Source of the DNA: a virus
Lineage: Duplodnaviria > Caudoviricetes
Reading direction: 5' to 3' (one strand)
DNA length: 64,000 nt
IMG/VR virus record: IMGVR_UViG_3300044655_001017
Shown: piece by piece, positions 1-11,600 of the stretch
Numbering within the stretch: the stretch's first letter is position 1
Layout of the letters: every line of letters starts with the position of its first letter
Notes under the pieces: model-generated
What the model saw: only the letters and a program-made list of their open reading frames with translations
What the model was told of the DNA's origin: nothing
Databases searched by the model: none
Position numbers and translations under genes: made by a program

Positions 1-1
1 T

Positions 2-1726
2 AGCGGAGCTGGTACTAATAGCACATGGACTGTAAGTACATCAGTAGCTCAATCATCAACTATTATTTCTGGTGTAAGATATACCGTTAATATTAACCAA
101 ACTGTGCAATTAACCGGAATAACCGGAAATAGTTTTACGGTAAATATATCACAGACCGTTAACTCAGTTTATATGCAAGGGTTTACTGCAGGTTCTGCAG
201 TAGTAACTATTACAGATCCAAATGCAACAACTGCTGCAATCTTAACTTGTCGTACAGGAAATGGTGTATTAGGAAACCCCACATTTATATCACGCGGTAC
301 TAACTATCAAACATCAACTACTACTTGTAAAATTATAGGAGGAAACGGATATGCCGATGTTAATCAAACATCAAAATACTTAACTGTTAGTAACCTAACA
401 TATCAACCTAGTTTAGGTTCGAGTTTAGTAATTGCAAACGACCCAACTGACTATAAAGTTGTTAATGTATCTGCAACCTCAGCTGATCCGTATTTTAATA
501 ATGTTGTTCTATTCTTAACCGGTGACGATTTACTAGATCATTCACTATCTAACGTTGCATTATCTAACATTGTTGATCGAATAACAGTTAGTACTTTGGA
601 AAAATACACCGGTACTGGTTCTTTATATTTTCCTCCAATCGGTGGTGGTTTTGCACTTCCTCAAATTACAGTTTCTGAAGATTTTACTTGGGAAGTATGG
701 TTGAAAAGAACTGTTCCTGTGATCCATGTTTATACTATAGTTACAGCACTAGCAGGCGGGGAATCTATTGGATGGTATGGAAATAGCACAACTTGGCGTG
801 TTCAATTTAGTAATGTTTCAGCGAATTTTACCATACCTGATACTATTAACCAATGGGCACATTATGCAGTTGTTAAATCCGGTAATACAATTCGTGTATT
901 TGTAAATGGTGTTGAATATGGAAGTGTGGGTGCAACATCGGATACTATATTAAAAATTGATTCTATTGGTGATACAAGTTTAAAATTTGTTGGCTACATG
1001 GATAACTTGAGAATATCAAACATCGCAAGATATACTAAAAATTTTACCCCACCGACAAGTATATTTTCATCATACACTATTCAAATTAGTCCAACAATTG
1101 ATCGAGTATTAACGCCAGTACACGGAACATCAGTATCTATTAGACAAAAATACAGTCAAGTTAGGTTAACTGGCCATGATTACTTGTTAATCGGTACTGG
1201 TAATAGAACAACTACTGATTATCCTAATGTTGATATTACAACTGCAGCATCGTTTAAGCAAGTACAAGAAAACAATTTAGGTAGAGTATTTGTAACCTCA
1301 ACTGACCAAGATGGTAATTTTAATGTCGGCGGGTTATTTGGGGTACAACAAGCAACTGGTATTGTTACTGTGTCAGCTGATTTATTTAACTTAAATGGAA
1401 TAACATCATTATCATTAGGCGGAGTTCAAGTTGGAATAAATCAAGTAGCAATTACGCAATTTTCAACAGATTCATACTTTGTGGCAAATAGCGATAGTAT
1501 AGTTCCGACAGAACGCGCAATTAAGAGTTATATTGCTAGAGCTATCAGTGCAGGCGGCTCAAATGCACAAACTTCTATTTTAACTGCAGGTACTGTTCAA
1601 ATTGGACCATATAAAATTAATTCTTCAATTTCAGGTAGAGTTAAGATTAACAACAAAATGAATTTTAAAAAAGGCATTGATGGAACATTACTAGCAATGA
1701 ATTATTTTAAACAAAGCTGGCAGTAA
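2..1726 (+). CDS. Large tail fibre/baseplate-associated structural protein, 5'-truncated by the window, with an inserted LamG/ConA-like lectin domain
   Basis: Frame is open from position 2. The C-terminal ~250 aa parallel those of 1776..8192 (YSQVRLTGHD..IGTGN, TSTDQDGNFNVG.LF.VQQ.TG). LamG-like motifs: DPYFNNVVLFL, DFTWEVW, WAHYAVVK, YMDNLRIS..ARYTKNFTPP. Confidence 0.75.
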   Translation, partial: SGAGTNSTWTVSTSVAQSSTIISGVRYTVNINQTVQLTGITGNSFTVNISQTVNSVYMQGFTAGSAVVTITDPNATTAAILTCRTGNGVLGNPTFISRGTNYQTSTTTCKIIGGNGYADVNQTSKYLTVSNLTYQPSLGSSLVIANDPTDYKVVNVSATSADPYFNNVVLFLTGDDLLDHSLSNVALSNIVDRITVSTLEKYTGTGSLYFPPIGGGFALPQITVSEDFTWEVWLKRTVPVIHVYTIVTALAGGESIGWYGNSTTWRVQFSNVSANFTIPDTINQWAHYAVVKSGNTIRVFVNGVEYGSVGATSDTILKIDSIGDTSLKFVGYMDNLRISNIARYTKNFTPPTSIFSSYTIQISPTIDRVLTPVHGTSVSIRQKYSQVRLTGHDYLLIGTGNRTTTDYPNVDITTAASFKQVQENNLGRVFVTSTDQDGNFNVGGLFGVQQATGIVTVSADLFNLNGITSLSLGGVQVGINQVAITQFSTDSYFVANSDSIVPTERAIKSYIARAISAGGSNAQTSILTAGTVQIGPYKINSSISGRVKINNKMNFKKGIDGTLLAMNYFKQSWQ

Positions 1727-1775
1727 GTATGACAATGGATAAATATAAAAACAACACAGATTTCGGAGTAGCTAG

Positions 1776-4700
1776 ATGGCTGAATTTAAATTAGGTAGAA
1801 TACGTTTTATATGGAAAGGTGCGTGGGCATCTTCGACCGCGTATTTAAAAGACGATATCATTAGAAATGGCGGTAAAACATATGTGTGTGTCGTTGGGCA
1901 TACTAGTTCTGCAGATTTTACAACAGATCTTAGTAATGTACCAACTAGATGGAATCAAGTATCTGACGGTACTGCATGGATGTCAGATTGGGCAATTAAC
2001 ACATATTATAGATTAAACGATGTAGTAAAGTATGGAGGTAAATTATATATTTGTACTACAACACACACATCTGCAGCAACTACTGCATTAGGGTTAGATG
2101 CTAATGCTGCTAACTGGGATGTGTATGCTACAGGTTTTAAATGGCAGTCAACTTGGACTACTTCAACAAAATATAGAGTAAACGAAGTAGTAAAATATGG
2201 CGGTATTATATATGTTTGTAATACTAATCATGTTTCAGCTGCAACTGCAACATTAGGGTTAGAAACTAACATTGGTTATTGGGACGTTTATCATAAAGGT
2301 TTTGATTATTTAGGACAATGGAGCGGCAGTTCAGTAAGATATAAAGCCAATGATTTAGTAAATTTTGGTGCAGATGTTTGGATTTGTATAACATACCATA
2401 CATCGAGTGCGTCATTTGTTGAGGCAAATTGGTCAAGATTTATCGAAGGATTAACTTACGAAAATACATGGTCAAGTGCTACTACATACCAACCAGGCGA
2501 CATTGTTGGGTATGGCGGTTACTCATATATCAGCAAAACAATAAACAGCAACGCCACTCCGTCTACAAGCACTACACACTGGGGATTATTTACTACTGGT
2601 TTTAACTTAATCGGTGATTGGGCATCTGCACAATCATATCAAGTTGGTAATGTTATAAGACTTGGCGGTTATACGTATGTTGCGATTTTAGACCATACAT
2701 CAAGCGGTTCAAACACACCACCGAATGCAACATATTGGTCACGATTAAATTCTGGTATTAAATGGGCAAACGTTAATAAATCATATACAGCAGTTGCGGG
2801 AACTAATGTTAGTGGGACAGGTTCATCTGCAACATTTAACGTCTCAACTTCTGGTACATCGTACACAGTTACCGTAAATGCAACCGGTACCGGTTATGCT
2901 GCAACTAACACTATTAAAATCTTAGGAACTGCAGTAGGCGGATTAAGTCCATTTAATGATATTTTAATTACCGTTGCTACTATTTCAGGTAGTGCAATTG
3001 CTACTATTACATCCACTGGTTATGCTGCAACTTGGGCAACTGCAACTGGATATGTTGCAGGCGATTCAATTACAGTTGGTGCAAATTCGTACATCTGTAT
3101 TCTTGCACATACTAGTGCTACTATTAATAGACCAGATAACGATGCATCAGGTACATACTGGAATGTATTATCAGCAGGATCGTCAACATCTGTATTAACA
3201 ACTACTGGTGATATTCCGTATATGAGCCAGTCTGGTCCGGCAAGATTAGGAATCGGTGTAGCTGGCCAAGTATTAAAAGTTTCATCGGCCTTAGTGCCAT
3301 CATGGGGTTATGTTGGTGTTATTGATCAAGTTTATTATGTAAGCCCTGCAGGTACTAATAATCCAGCACCTGATTATGGGGTTACTTTAGATCGCCCATG
3401 GTTAACTGTACGTTATGCAACCGAACAAGTCGAACGAGGTTCTTTAATTCCAAATGGATCGTATTTACTTGCAAGAAATAGAAGTTATATTCAACAGGAG
3501 GTAACTGGGTGGATCGATGCGCAAGTTACTGGTTCAATTGCACCTTATGTTAGTTTTACATACCCTACAAGTAAAGCAAGTTACCAAAGCTATATTGGAT
3601 ATGCAGTAGACGCATTAGTTTATGACTTATCACACGGCGGTAATGCTCGATCTGTTGCATTTGCACAAACCTATTATGCAAATTCTTCAAGAACACAAGA
3701 CGTTGCTACGTTTAATCGTATGGTTACTGTCATTAATGCAGTCATTGCAAATACCGCACCCGGTACTACCTATTCAGCAATTAACCGTATTAGTGATTCT
3801 ACTAGAACATTAGAATCAACTGCTACTACATTAGTAACTAATTTAGTAAAAATTATAACTGATGCATTAACTGCAGGTGTTAATACTAATATCCCGTCGG
3901 TAGTAAATACCAATTATACAATTTTTGTTAAGACTGGAATTTATTATGAAACATTACCTATAATTATTCCAGCTAACACTGCAATTGTAGGTGACGAATT
4001 ACGTTCTTCTAACATCCGACCAAGAAGTACATCTATTCCAACTACTGATACAACTTATAGTTTAGCAGCAGTGACTAGATTGAGTGCTATTATTGCAACG
4101 GTATTAACAAATAGCGCAGTAACGGTGTCATCAGGAAATACAGCAACACAAGTAACTACTCGCCCATCGAGTTCAATTTCGGCAAGTACACTTACTACGT
4201 TATTTACAAATTATAAAGATTATATCAATTTTTATATTAATAGTAGTGGTTCTGCACCTACATTAACTGGTACAGTAGCACCAACTACAGCTCAGGCAAA
4301 TTATGATGCAGTTGAAATACTAGAGGCAAATAAAGAATTTTTAGCGCAAGAGGCAGTTGCATATACTAACGTTACCTACAGCACATCTGTGTCAGCAACT
4401 GCTGCTAATGGTAATATTACAGTTACAAGTTCAACTAACTTTGCAGTTGGAATGCCAGTTGTGTTTAGTGGTACAGTTGGCGCATCAGGTATAGTAGTTG
4501 GAACTGTTTATTATGTTAAGACGTCGGCTGCTAACGTTCTTACTGTTGCAGCAACATCTGGCGGTACTACGTTAACATGGACTGCTGCATCAGGGTTAAC
4601 TGCTACTGTTAAATTATCATATGATTCTACAATGTGTGCTCGTGATGTTAGAGAATTAGTAAATGCTATAAAATATGATTTAGTGTATGTAGGTAACTAC

Positions 4701-7700
4701 AGAACTCTATTAGCTGCTCGTTATTACAGACGCAGTGTTCAAACTTCAGTACTTGAAGATATGTTCTATGTACGTAACGCAACTGGTTTACGTAATGTTA
4801 CAGTTCAAGGGTTAACTGGTACATTAGGAACTGCTAATGGATATGGAACACGACGACCAACTGCAGGTGCGTATGTTAGTTTAGATCCAGGTTGGGGTGC
4901 TGCTGATACGCGTACATGGATTTCTTCACGTAGTCCGTATATTCAAAATGTTACAACATTTGGTACCGGGTGTACTGGTTTAAAAATTGATGGTACATTA
5001 CATAACGGCGGGAACCGTTCTATTGTAGCAAACGATTTTACACAAATTATAAGTGACGGTATCGGTGCATGGTGTACAGGTACAAAGGCGTTAACTGAAT
5101 TAGTATCAGTATTCTCATATTACGCACATATTAGTTACCTAGCTGAAAACGGTGGTAAAATTCGTGCAACAAATGGTAATAGTTCTTACGGTACATATGG
5201 TACAGTTGCTGAGGGCGTTGATTCATCCGAAACTACATTAACTGCAACTGTTAACAACCGTGCTAGTCAAGCAAATATTTCAAATGTTGTAACAAATGCG
5301 GTTGATAAAATTTATCGTGTAGAATATTTAAATGCCGGCACTGGATATAACACTGCAACTTACTCATTTGTTGGTACAGGATATGGGGTTGCAACAGTAG
5401 CTAATGAATTTAGAGATAATGCTGTATATGAAACTCGTTTATTAACAAATGGTGCAAACTATGTAACAACATCAAATACCGGACAAGCTGGTAATACAAC
5501 ACAAGTTACTATTGCAGCAACTGATAGTGCAATTAGTTCAGCATATACCGGTATGAGAATTCAGTTAAATGGTGGTGCTGGTGCTGGACAAAGTGGTTAC
5601 ATTGTAAGTTATAATTCAGGATCAAAAATTGCGCTAGTTGCAAAAGAAAGTTTCCCAGCTATGACCGCAACTGCTACGACTGCAAGTTCGGATTTAATCA
5701 CAGTTGCAAGTACAAGTACGTTAACCGCAAACATGCCAATTTATTTTGGTGCAGCACTTGCTAATATTTCAGCGAATACTTTATATTACGTTAAAACTAT
5801 TTCAAGTACAACGCAATTTAGTATTAGTACAATTGCGGCTGGTTCTGTGTTTGATATTACTAGTGATACATCATCGCAAACAGTAGCAGTACACGCAGCA
5901 GGTTGGGATCATGCTGTTTTGGGTACGCCTATTGTATCTGCGTTAGATGTTACAACCACTTATACTATTGAACCAAGAATCGTTTTTTCTTCGCCAACTT
6001 ATAGTACTGCAGGAAACACAATTTCATCAAACTCATGGATTGATATAGCATATGGTGACACTATTGCTACATATACTGCAGTTAGTGCATCCGGTGGTTC
6101 TGGAGCTAGTGCTACATTTACTGTTGTAAGAACAGGCGTTGCATACTCAGTAACATTAGCATCCGGTGGTACCGGCTATGCAATTGGTAATTTTCTTCAA
6201 ATTGCAGGTACTAGTTTAGGTGGATCGTTAGGCAACGTGCTTGGTATTACAGTAACTAACGTAGTTAGCGGAACTGGTGTAATTACTAATTTTACTTATA
6301 GCGGATTTGGTGCAGGCGGTAACTTTGTTGCTATTACAAGTGCCGCAAGTACTACAACATTAATAAGTACAAACGGTTCATCATGGTCAGCAGGTGGAGC
6401 AATACTATCATCAAATTGGGTTGCTATTGCGTACGGTGTAGTAAGTGGTAATGGTTATTGGGTTACTGTACAAAATGGTTCTAATGTTACAGCTTATTCT
6501 ACAAACGGTGGAGTTTCGTGGACTCAAGGCGGGACATTAAGCTCAAATTCAAACTGGGCTTCCATTGCATACGGTAATGGTAAATTTATAGCAGTAGTAA
6601 AAGGATCACCTAGCACTGTTGCTAACATTACCTCAAACGGGGGAGTTAACTGGTCTACAACCGGAGCTCTTCCGTCAGATACTGGCTGGACTAGTATTGC
6701 ATATGGTGCAGGTACATGGGTAGTTGTATCATCTGGCGGTAATGCTGCAGCATATTCTACTAATGATGGAACGTCATGGACTGCTACGACTACGCCGTCT
6801 GTAGTATCATGGCAAAGTGTTACATACGGTAATGGTAAATTTGTAGCAGTAGCAAACGGTACAGCAGCAGCATATTCATTAGACGGTATTACATGGTATA
6901 GTGTAACTTTACCAGTAAGTTCAAACTGGTCAAAAGTTAGATATGGACAAGGGGTGTTTGCAATAGTATCAAGTTCATCAACTAATACATTATTATCGTC
7001 AGAAGACGGATTATTTTGGACTACTAGAACACTACCTGTTACTGCAGCGTGTTATGCAATTGCATTTGGAAGTTCTACTGCTGGCTCATCTATCACACCA
7101 TATTGGGCAATTTTGCCGCAATCAAATACATCTAACATGTACTTAATACTAGGTGCAACTGCTAGAGGACGTGTAAAAGTAACAAATGGTGCTATTAGTG
7201 AATTTAGAATCGTTGAGCCAGGTGGCAGTTATTTATCAGCACCAACTTTTACTATTACTGATCCAAATGCTACTACTGCATTTACCTATACAGTCAGAAC
7301 GGGAACTGGTGTATTAGCTAATCCAACATTTACTAATAGAGGAACGCAATATGCATCGTCAACAGCTACTGTAACTGGTAATGGATATACTGATATGTAT
7401 CAAGTTGGTAGTTATGTAAATGTATCCGGATTAATTAGTCAACCAATTCCAGGTTCAAATATTGTATTTACTGGAAATTCTACTGTTTATAAAGTAGTAG
7501 CAGTAACTAATTATCTAAGTTCAGGCGCAGGGATTGCACCATATAATGCAACTATTCAAGTTAGTCCTGTAATGTCAGCTGCACTTGCTCCTGCACACGC
7601 AGTAACCGCAACTATGCGTATTAACTATAGTCAAGTTAGGTTAACTGGGCACGATTTCTTAAACATTGGTACAGGTAATATTGCAAATACAAATTATCCA

Positions 7701-8192
7701 GGTACTCCAAATTTAGCAGTTGATAGTACTAAACAAACTGTTCAATTTGGCGGTGGACGTGTATTCTTTACTAGTACTGATCAAGATGGTAACTTTAATG
7801 TTGGTAATTTGTTCTCAGTACAACAATCAACTGGTGTTGCAACATTAAACGCTGATGCATTTAACATTGCAGGGTTAAACCAGTTAACTATCGGATCTGT
7901 AACACTAGGCGGAACAAGTGCTACAATTACTTCGTTCTCAACTGATCCATATTTTACTTCAAATAGCGACAGTTTAGTTCCAACACAAAAGGCAATTAAA
8001 TCGTATATTAATAGTCAGATAGGTGGCGGCGGTAGTTCATTAAACGTAAATACACTAACTGCCGGTGTAGTGTTTGTTTCAGGTGACACTATTTCAACTA
8101 CAACAGGTGTACAAATTAACGTAACAAGTAAGTTTTATTTTATAGGTGGTGTTGAAGGATCTCCTTTATCATTATCATACTTTTTAGTATAA
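1776..8192 (+). CDS. 2138-aa tail fibre/baseplate structural protein with N-terminal Trp/Tyr carbohydrate-binding-like repeats
   Basis: About 8 N-terminal repeats W.....Y..(N/G)D(V/L)V.(Y/F)GG..Y(I/V)C...HTS (CBM5/12-like), W..IAYG.G.FV beta-propeller-like repeats, Ser/Thr/Gly-rich composition; upstream GATAAATA at 1738 and GGAG RBS. Confidence 0.75.
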   Translation: MAEFKLGRIRFIWKGAWASSTAYLKDDIIRNGGKTYVCVVGHTSSADFTTDLSNVPTRWNQVSDGTAWMSDWAINTYYRLNDVVKYGGKLYICTTTHTSAATTALGLDANAANWDVYATGFKWQSTWTTSTKYRVNEVVKYGGIIYVCNTNHVSAATATLGLETNIGYWDVYHKGFDYLGQWSGSSVRYKANDLVNFGADVWICITYHTSSASFVEANWSRFIEGLTYENTWSSATTYQPGDIVGYGGYSYISKTINSNATPSTSTTHWGLFTTGFNLIGDWASAQSYQVGNVIRLGGYTYVAILDHTSSGSNTPPNATYWSRLNSGIKWANVNKSYTAVAGTNVSGTGSSATFNVSTSGTSYTVTVNATGTGYAATNTIKILGTAVGGLSPFNDILITVATISGSAIATITSTGYAATWATATGYVAGDSITVGANSYICILAHTSATINRPDNDASGTYWNVLSAGSSTSVLTTTGDIPYMSQSGPARLGIGVAGQVLKVSSALVPSWGYVGVIDQVYYVSPAGTNNPAPDYGVTLDRPWLTVRYATEQVERGSLIPNGSYLLARNRSYIQQEVTGWIDAQVTGSIAPYVSFTYPTSKASYQSYIGYAVDALVYDLSHGGNARSVAFAQTYYANSSRTQDVATFNRMVTVINAVIANTAPGTTYSAINRISDSTRTLESTATTLVTNLVKIITDALTAGVNTNIPSVVNTNYTIFVKTGIYYETLPIIIPANTAIVGDELRSSNIRPRSTSIPTTDTTYSLAAVTRLSAIIATVLTNSAVTVSSGNTATQVTTRPSSSISASTLTTLFTNYKDYINFYINSSGSAPTLTGTVAPTTAQANYDAVEILEANKEFLAQEAVAYTNVTYSTSVSATAANGNITVTSSTNFAVGMPVVFSGTVGASGIVVGTVYYVKTSAANVLTVAATSGGTTLTWTAASGLTATVKLSYDSTMCARDVRELVNAIKYDLVYVGNYRTLLAARYYRRSVQTSVLEDMFYVRNATGLRNVTVQGLTGTLGTANGYGTRRPTAGAYVSLDPGWGAADTRTWISSRSPYIQNVTTFGTGCTGLKIDGTLHNGGNRSIVANDFTQIISDGIGAWCTGTKALTELVSVFSYYAHISYLAENGGKIRATNGNSSYGTYGTVAEGVDSSETTLTATVNNRASQANISNVVTNAVDKIYRVEYLNAGTGYNTATYSFVGTGYGVATVANEFRDNAVYETRLLTNGANYVTTSNTGQAGNTTQVTIAATDSAISSAYTGMRIQLNGGAGAGQSGYIVSYNSGSKIALVAKESFPAMTATATTASSDLITVASTSTLTANMPIYFGAALANISANTLYYVKTISSTTQFSISTIAAGSVFDITSDTSSQTVAVHAAGWDHAVLGTPIVSALDVTTTYTIEPRIVFSSPTYSTAGNTISSNSWIDIAYGDTIATYTAVSASGGSGASATFTVVRTGVAYSVTLASGGTGYAIGNFLQIAGTSLGGSLGNVLGITVTNVVSGTGVITNFTYSGFGAGGNFVAITSAASTTTLISTNGSSWSAGGAILSSNWVAIAYGVVSGNGYWVTVQNGSNVTAYSTNGGVSWTQGGTLSSNSNWASIAYGNGKFIAVVKGSPSTVANITSNGGVNWSTTGALPSDTGWTSIAYGAGTWVVVSSGGNAAAYSTNDGTSWTATTTPSVVSWQSVTYGNGKFVAVANGTAAAYSLDGITWYSVTLPVSSNWSKVRYGQGVFAIVSSSSTNTLLSSEDGLFWTTRTLPVTAACYAIAFGSSTAGSSITPYWAILPQSNTSNMYLILGATARGRVKVTNGAISEFRIVEPGGSYLSAPTFTITDPNATTAFTYTVRTGTGVLANPTFTNRGTQYASSTATVTGNGYTDMYQVGSYVNVSGLISQPIPGSNIVFTGNSTVYKVVAVTNYLSSGAGIAPYNATIQVSPVMSAALAPAHAVTATMRINYSQVRLTGHDFLNIGTGNIANTNYPGTPNLAVDSTKQTVQFGGGRVFFTSTDQDGNFNVGNLFSVQQSTGVATLNADAFNIAGLNQLTIGSVTLGGTSATITSFSTDPYFTSNSDSLVPTQKAIKSYINSQIGGGGSSLNVNTLTAGVVFVSGDTISTTTGVQINVTSKFYFIGGVEGSPLSLSYFLV

Positions 8193-8200
8193 AAACATAG

Positions 8201-8226
8201 TATTGCTACTCCTAGGAGTAGCAATA
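8201..8226. repeat. Perfect 26-bp palindrome TATTGCTACTCCTAGGAGTAGCAATA (hairpin, possible terminator or processing site)
   Basis: The 13-nt halves are exact reverse complements; intergenic. Confidence 0.85.
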
Positions 8227-8257
8227 TAGCCAAAATTATAACATATGGAGAAATATA

Positions 8258-8578
8258 ATGGCATCAGGAATATTAGGATCAGCTGATCTAGCAGCAACTA
8301 CAAATACAACATTGTATACCGTGCCTGCAACTACGTTTACCGTAGCAACAGTCTCAATTTGCAATAGAGGGACATCGGCTGTATTAGTTCGGTTAGCATT
8401 AGCATCTGCTGCATCACCAGCTGCTAGCGAATATATTGAATATGACATAACAATACCACCAAAAGGAGTTGTTGAAAGAACCGGTTTAGTATTAAATGCA
8501 GCTAAACTAATTGTAGTATACTCGAGTGCAGCTTTAGTTTCTGCTGTTGCATACGGTATCGAAACTTCAACCGTATAA
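8258..8578 (+). CDS. Small virion structural protein (beta-sandwich-like, 106 aa)
   Basis: GGAG RBS; T.LYTVP....V..CN pattern typical of small phage tail-region proteins. Confidence 0.6.
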   Translation: MASGILGSADLAATTNTTLYTVPATTFTVATVSICNRGTSAVLVRLALASAASPAASEYIEYDITIPPKGVVERTGLVLNAAKLIVVYSSAALVSAVAYGIETSTV

Positions 8579-8581
8579 ATA
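8574..8581 (+). promoter_or_regulatory. T4-type late promoter TATAAATA
   Basis: Exact gp55 consensus upstream of 8604. Confidence 0.65.
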
Positions 8582-8603
8582 ATAGATAACGAGGAATTTT
8601 TAA

Positions 8604-11600
8604 ATGGGTAGAATATACACAGCACCAACAATCAACAAATCAGTAATTAACAACTCAATTACTAGTACATTATCAGCTGTATACACTAACGCCACTGGTG
8701 CAGGCGCAGAATTACGTGCAGTTAATATTAACGGTTTACAAAATAATGCAACAATAAACACAACTGCTAGCGGTGCATCAGAATGGACACATTTTGGATC
8801 AAATGTTAATCCTATTATTAGTTATAGCGGCCCATCTACATACGGAGTTGGTGAACCATATCAAGTACAATTAAGTGCAAATCGTGTATTGTTATTTTTC
8901 CTTCCTCATTCACATCACCGTTGTGGAAGTTTAGATTTCTTTGGTGGAAATATGATCCACACACAAATCGTTGAATATCAAACTAACAAATATGTGGCTG
9001 GACCAATTCAAAATCACACATTACCTTTTGCTTGGTTTTCTGATTTTAGCTATAACTTGTGGTCTAAACCAGATAGTGGTTCTGGTTCCTGGCAACTACC
9101 TTGCTGGAGAGCAACTGCACTTACCGCAAATAAAGTAGTGGTTGTTTGCCAACAACGTAGTACCACCAACTCAAAACAGATAATGAGATTTACAATTACT
9201 GGAAATACTGTTGATCATACCGTTACAAACTTAGATATGTCAACCCAATTTGGTAACAATCCCTCGTACCCATTTTCAATAGAGACTGTTCCTGACAATA
9301 CTAATAAAGTAATTGTTGCATCAGGGACATCGAGTGGTAACTGGAGTGCGCAAGCCTATAACATTCCTGACACTGGTTCAATTACTGCTGCAGGTTCTAT
9401 ACAAAGTCTTGGTATTGCACAATCAGTATACAATATTGGTATGTGTAAAATGGTAAAAACCGCAACGGCAAACATTACACCTTACTTGTTTGCAGTAACA
9501 ACGGCTGCCACCACTAGCCAAGCAATTGCATTCAACTTTAACTCAAGTACTAACGCATGGACAATTGCAGCCACCGCTGTAACATTAACCGCTGTCAGCT
9601 CCACCCACACTGGATTAGAATGTGCGTGTTTATCCACAGGAACCAACGTTAACGCAGTTATTGCAGCCACCACTGGAAATGGTGCGTCTGACGGGTTAGT
9701 GACTTTCTATCGTCAAACCAGCTCAACGACATTATCTAACACCAGAACCCAGCTTACAACACAACACACTAGTATGAAAACTATAACTGAACAATACCAA
9801 TGGGGTGATGAAAGAGTCGTATTTATAGGTGAATACGGGTGTTTAGTATGTTATGATAGTGCAGGTGTTGCAACTAATTTAATCAGTGGATTAAATGAAA
9901 GTACTAACACAACTCGATATTCAACTAAATGGTATCCGTTTAACAGTCGCCCATTGTATATATATTATGATCCTGCGACTATTAATGCACACGCATCCGG
10001 TAATTATAAAGCACGTATTAATTCTACTAGCAGTGCTACAAGTGTTGGTCAAACCGCCCACACTGGTAACTATTTGCCATGGGGCTATAACTACGGTGAT
10101 GGATATGCGTGGAATGAACCAGCAGGCTGCTGGATGGTATGTCAAGGCGGTAGAATTTATGCAATGAATACATCTGGTGTTGTATTGAGTGAAGTACTTC
10201 TCAGCTCAATGAATGCAACATTAAATTACCTGTATGCCGCAACCCAAATCCAAGTAACACCAACTGGTAGATTACTAATTGGTATTGAATATGGGAATAG
10301 AGTGCATGCAGGTACAAGCTACGGGCCACATAATACTAATGGCACATTTGGTAACAACTGTCTCGCGTTAGTTACTGAAGCAATGACATCTTACACCCAA
10401 TTGCCAACTTTAAAATCACAGCAACCTCTAGTAGGTATGAGCGGCGGTGCATTATGTAACATGGTATACTTTAGTGAACAAACGAGTGCAACAAACACCA
10501 CGGAAATGGCGTATTTGCTATACATGGGATCTTCTGGAACATACATTCGTATGGGGTGGTTTAATGGTTCTACATGGAGTGATTTAGGTAACACTGGTAT
10601 GAATTTCAGCGATGGAACATGGACTATAGGTTATCGGCCAAATTTCAAATTGATTCAAGATACCCCATGTTCAGCAACTCTCTCAAGAGGGCTATGGAGA
10701 ATAATTGGATCATATTTTCCTAGCAGTGCTGGTAACTATGCCGCACATGGTATGAGTGCTGCATATGCTGTTGCCGCAAACCTAGGTAGTTTTACCACAA
10801 CAACCTACCCATTAAACGGTAGATCCGGTAGTGACAGCCAAGTTACTCAAGGATGGGGTACACCGATGCATGTGCATTGTGGTTCTAAATCTGGTACGCA
10901 AGTTGCGATGATGTATGACGAATATCTAGGAATGCCAAGAATATATGCGTCAATCAATGGGCGGTTAAATGATTGGCAAGGTTATTACACACCATGGGCG
11001 CCGCAATCAGTATTATCAACTAATTCTACTGGAAATTTAATTTCTGTTGCAAGTACTACTGGTATGTATACTAACATGGCAGTTAGATTTAATGGTACCG
11101 CATATGGTAATATTACTGCTGGTACAACCTACTATGTATTAGCCGGATTTACCGCAACCACATTTTCAGTAAGTACAATAGTTGGTGGAAGTGCATTAAC
11201 ATTATCATCAGCAACTGGTAGTGCGATGACAGTATCATTGTATACTAGCCATAGATGGGCACAAATCGTTGCTTCAAAAATGGGATATGCTGTTACTTTA
11301 CAAAACACAGCACAAATTGACCAACAAGCATTTAACTATAATTTTAACACCGTTGATTCGACTATTCATCAATCAACCCAAATTGCAACAATTGGTAGTG
11401 GATGGATTGTATTACACAGAACTGGTAAAAATTCATGGCAATTATATAACTCAACCGCATCGCTTAATAATACTTACACCGCATACGGATTACCAGACGA
11501 TGTTAAATTCTATTTAACATTAGATGATAATGCAGGCAACGTATTTTATTTAAACAATGGTCAGACACTTAGTCCAAGTGACACAACCACCGGATTATTC

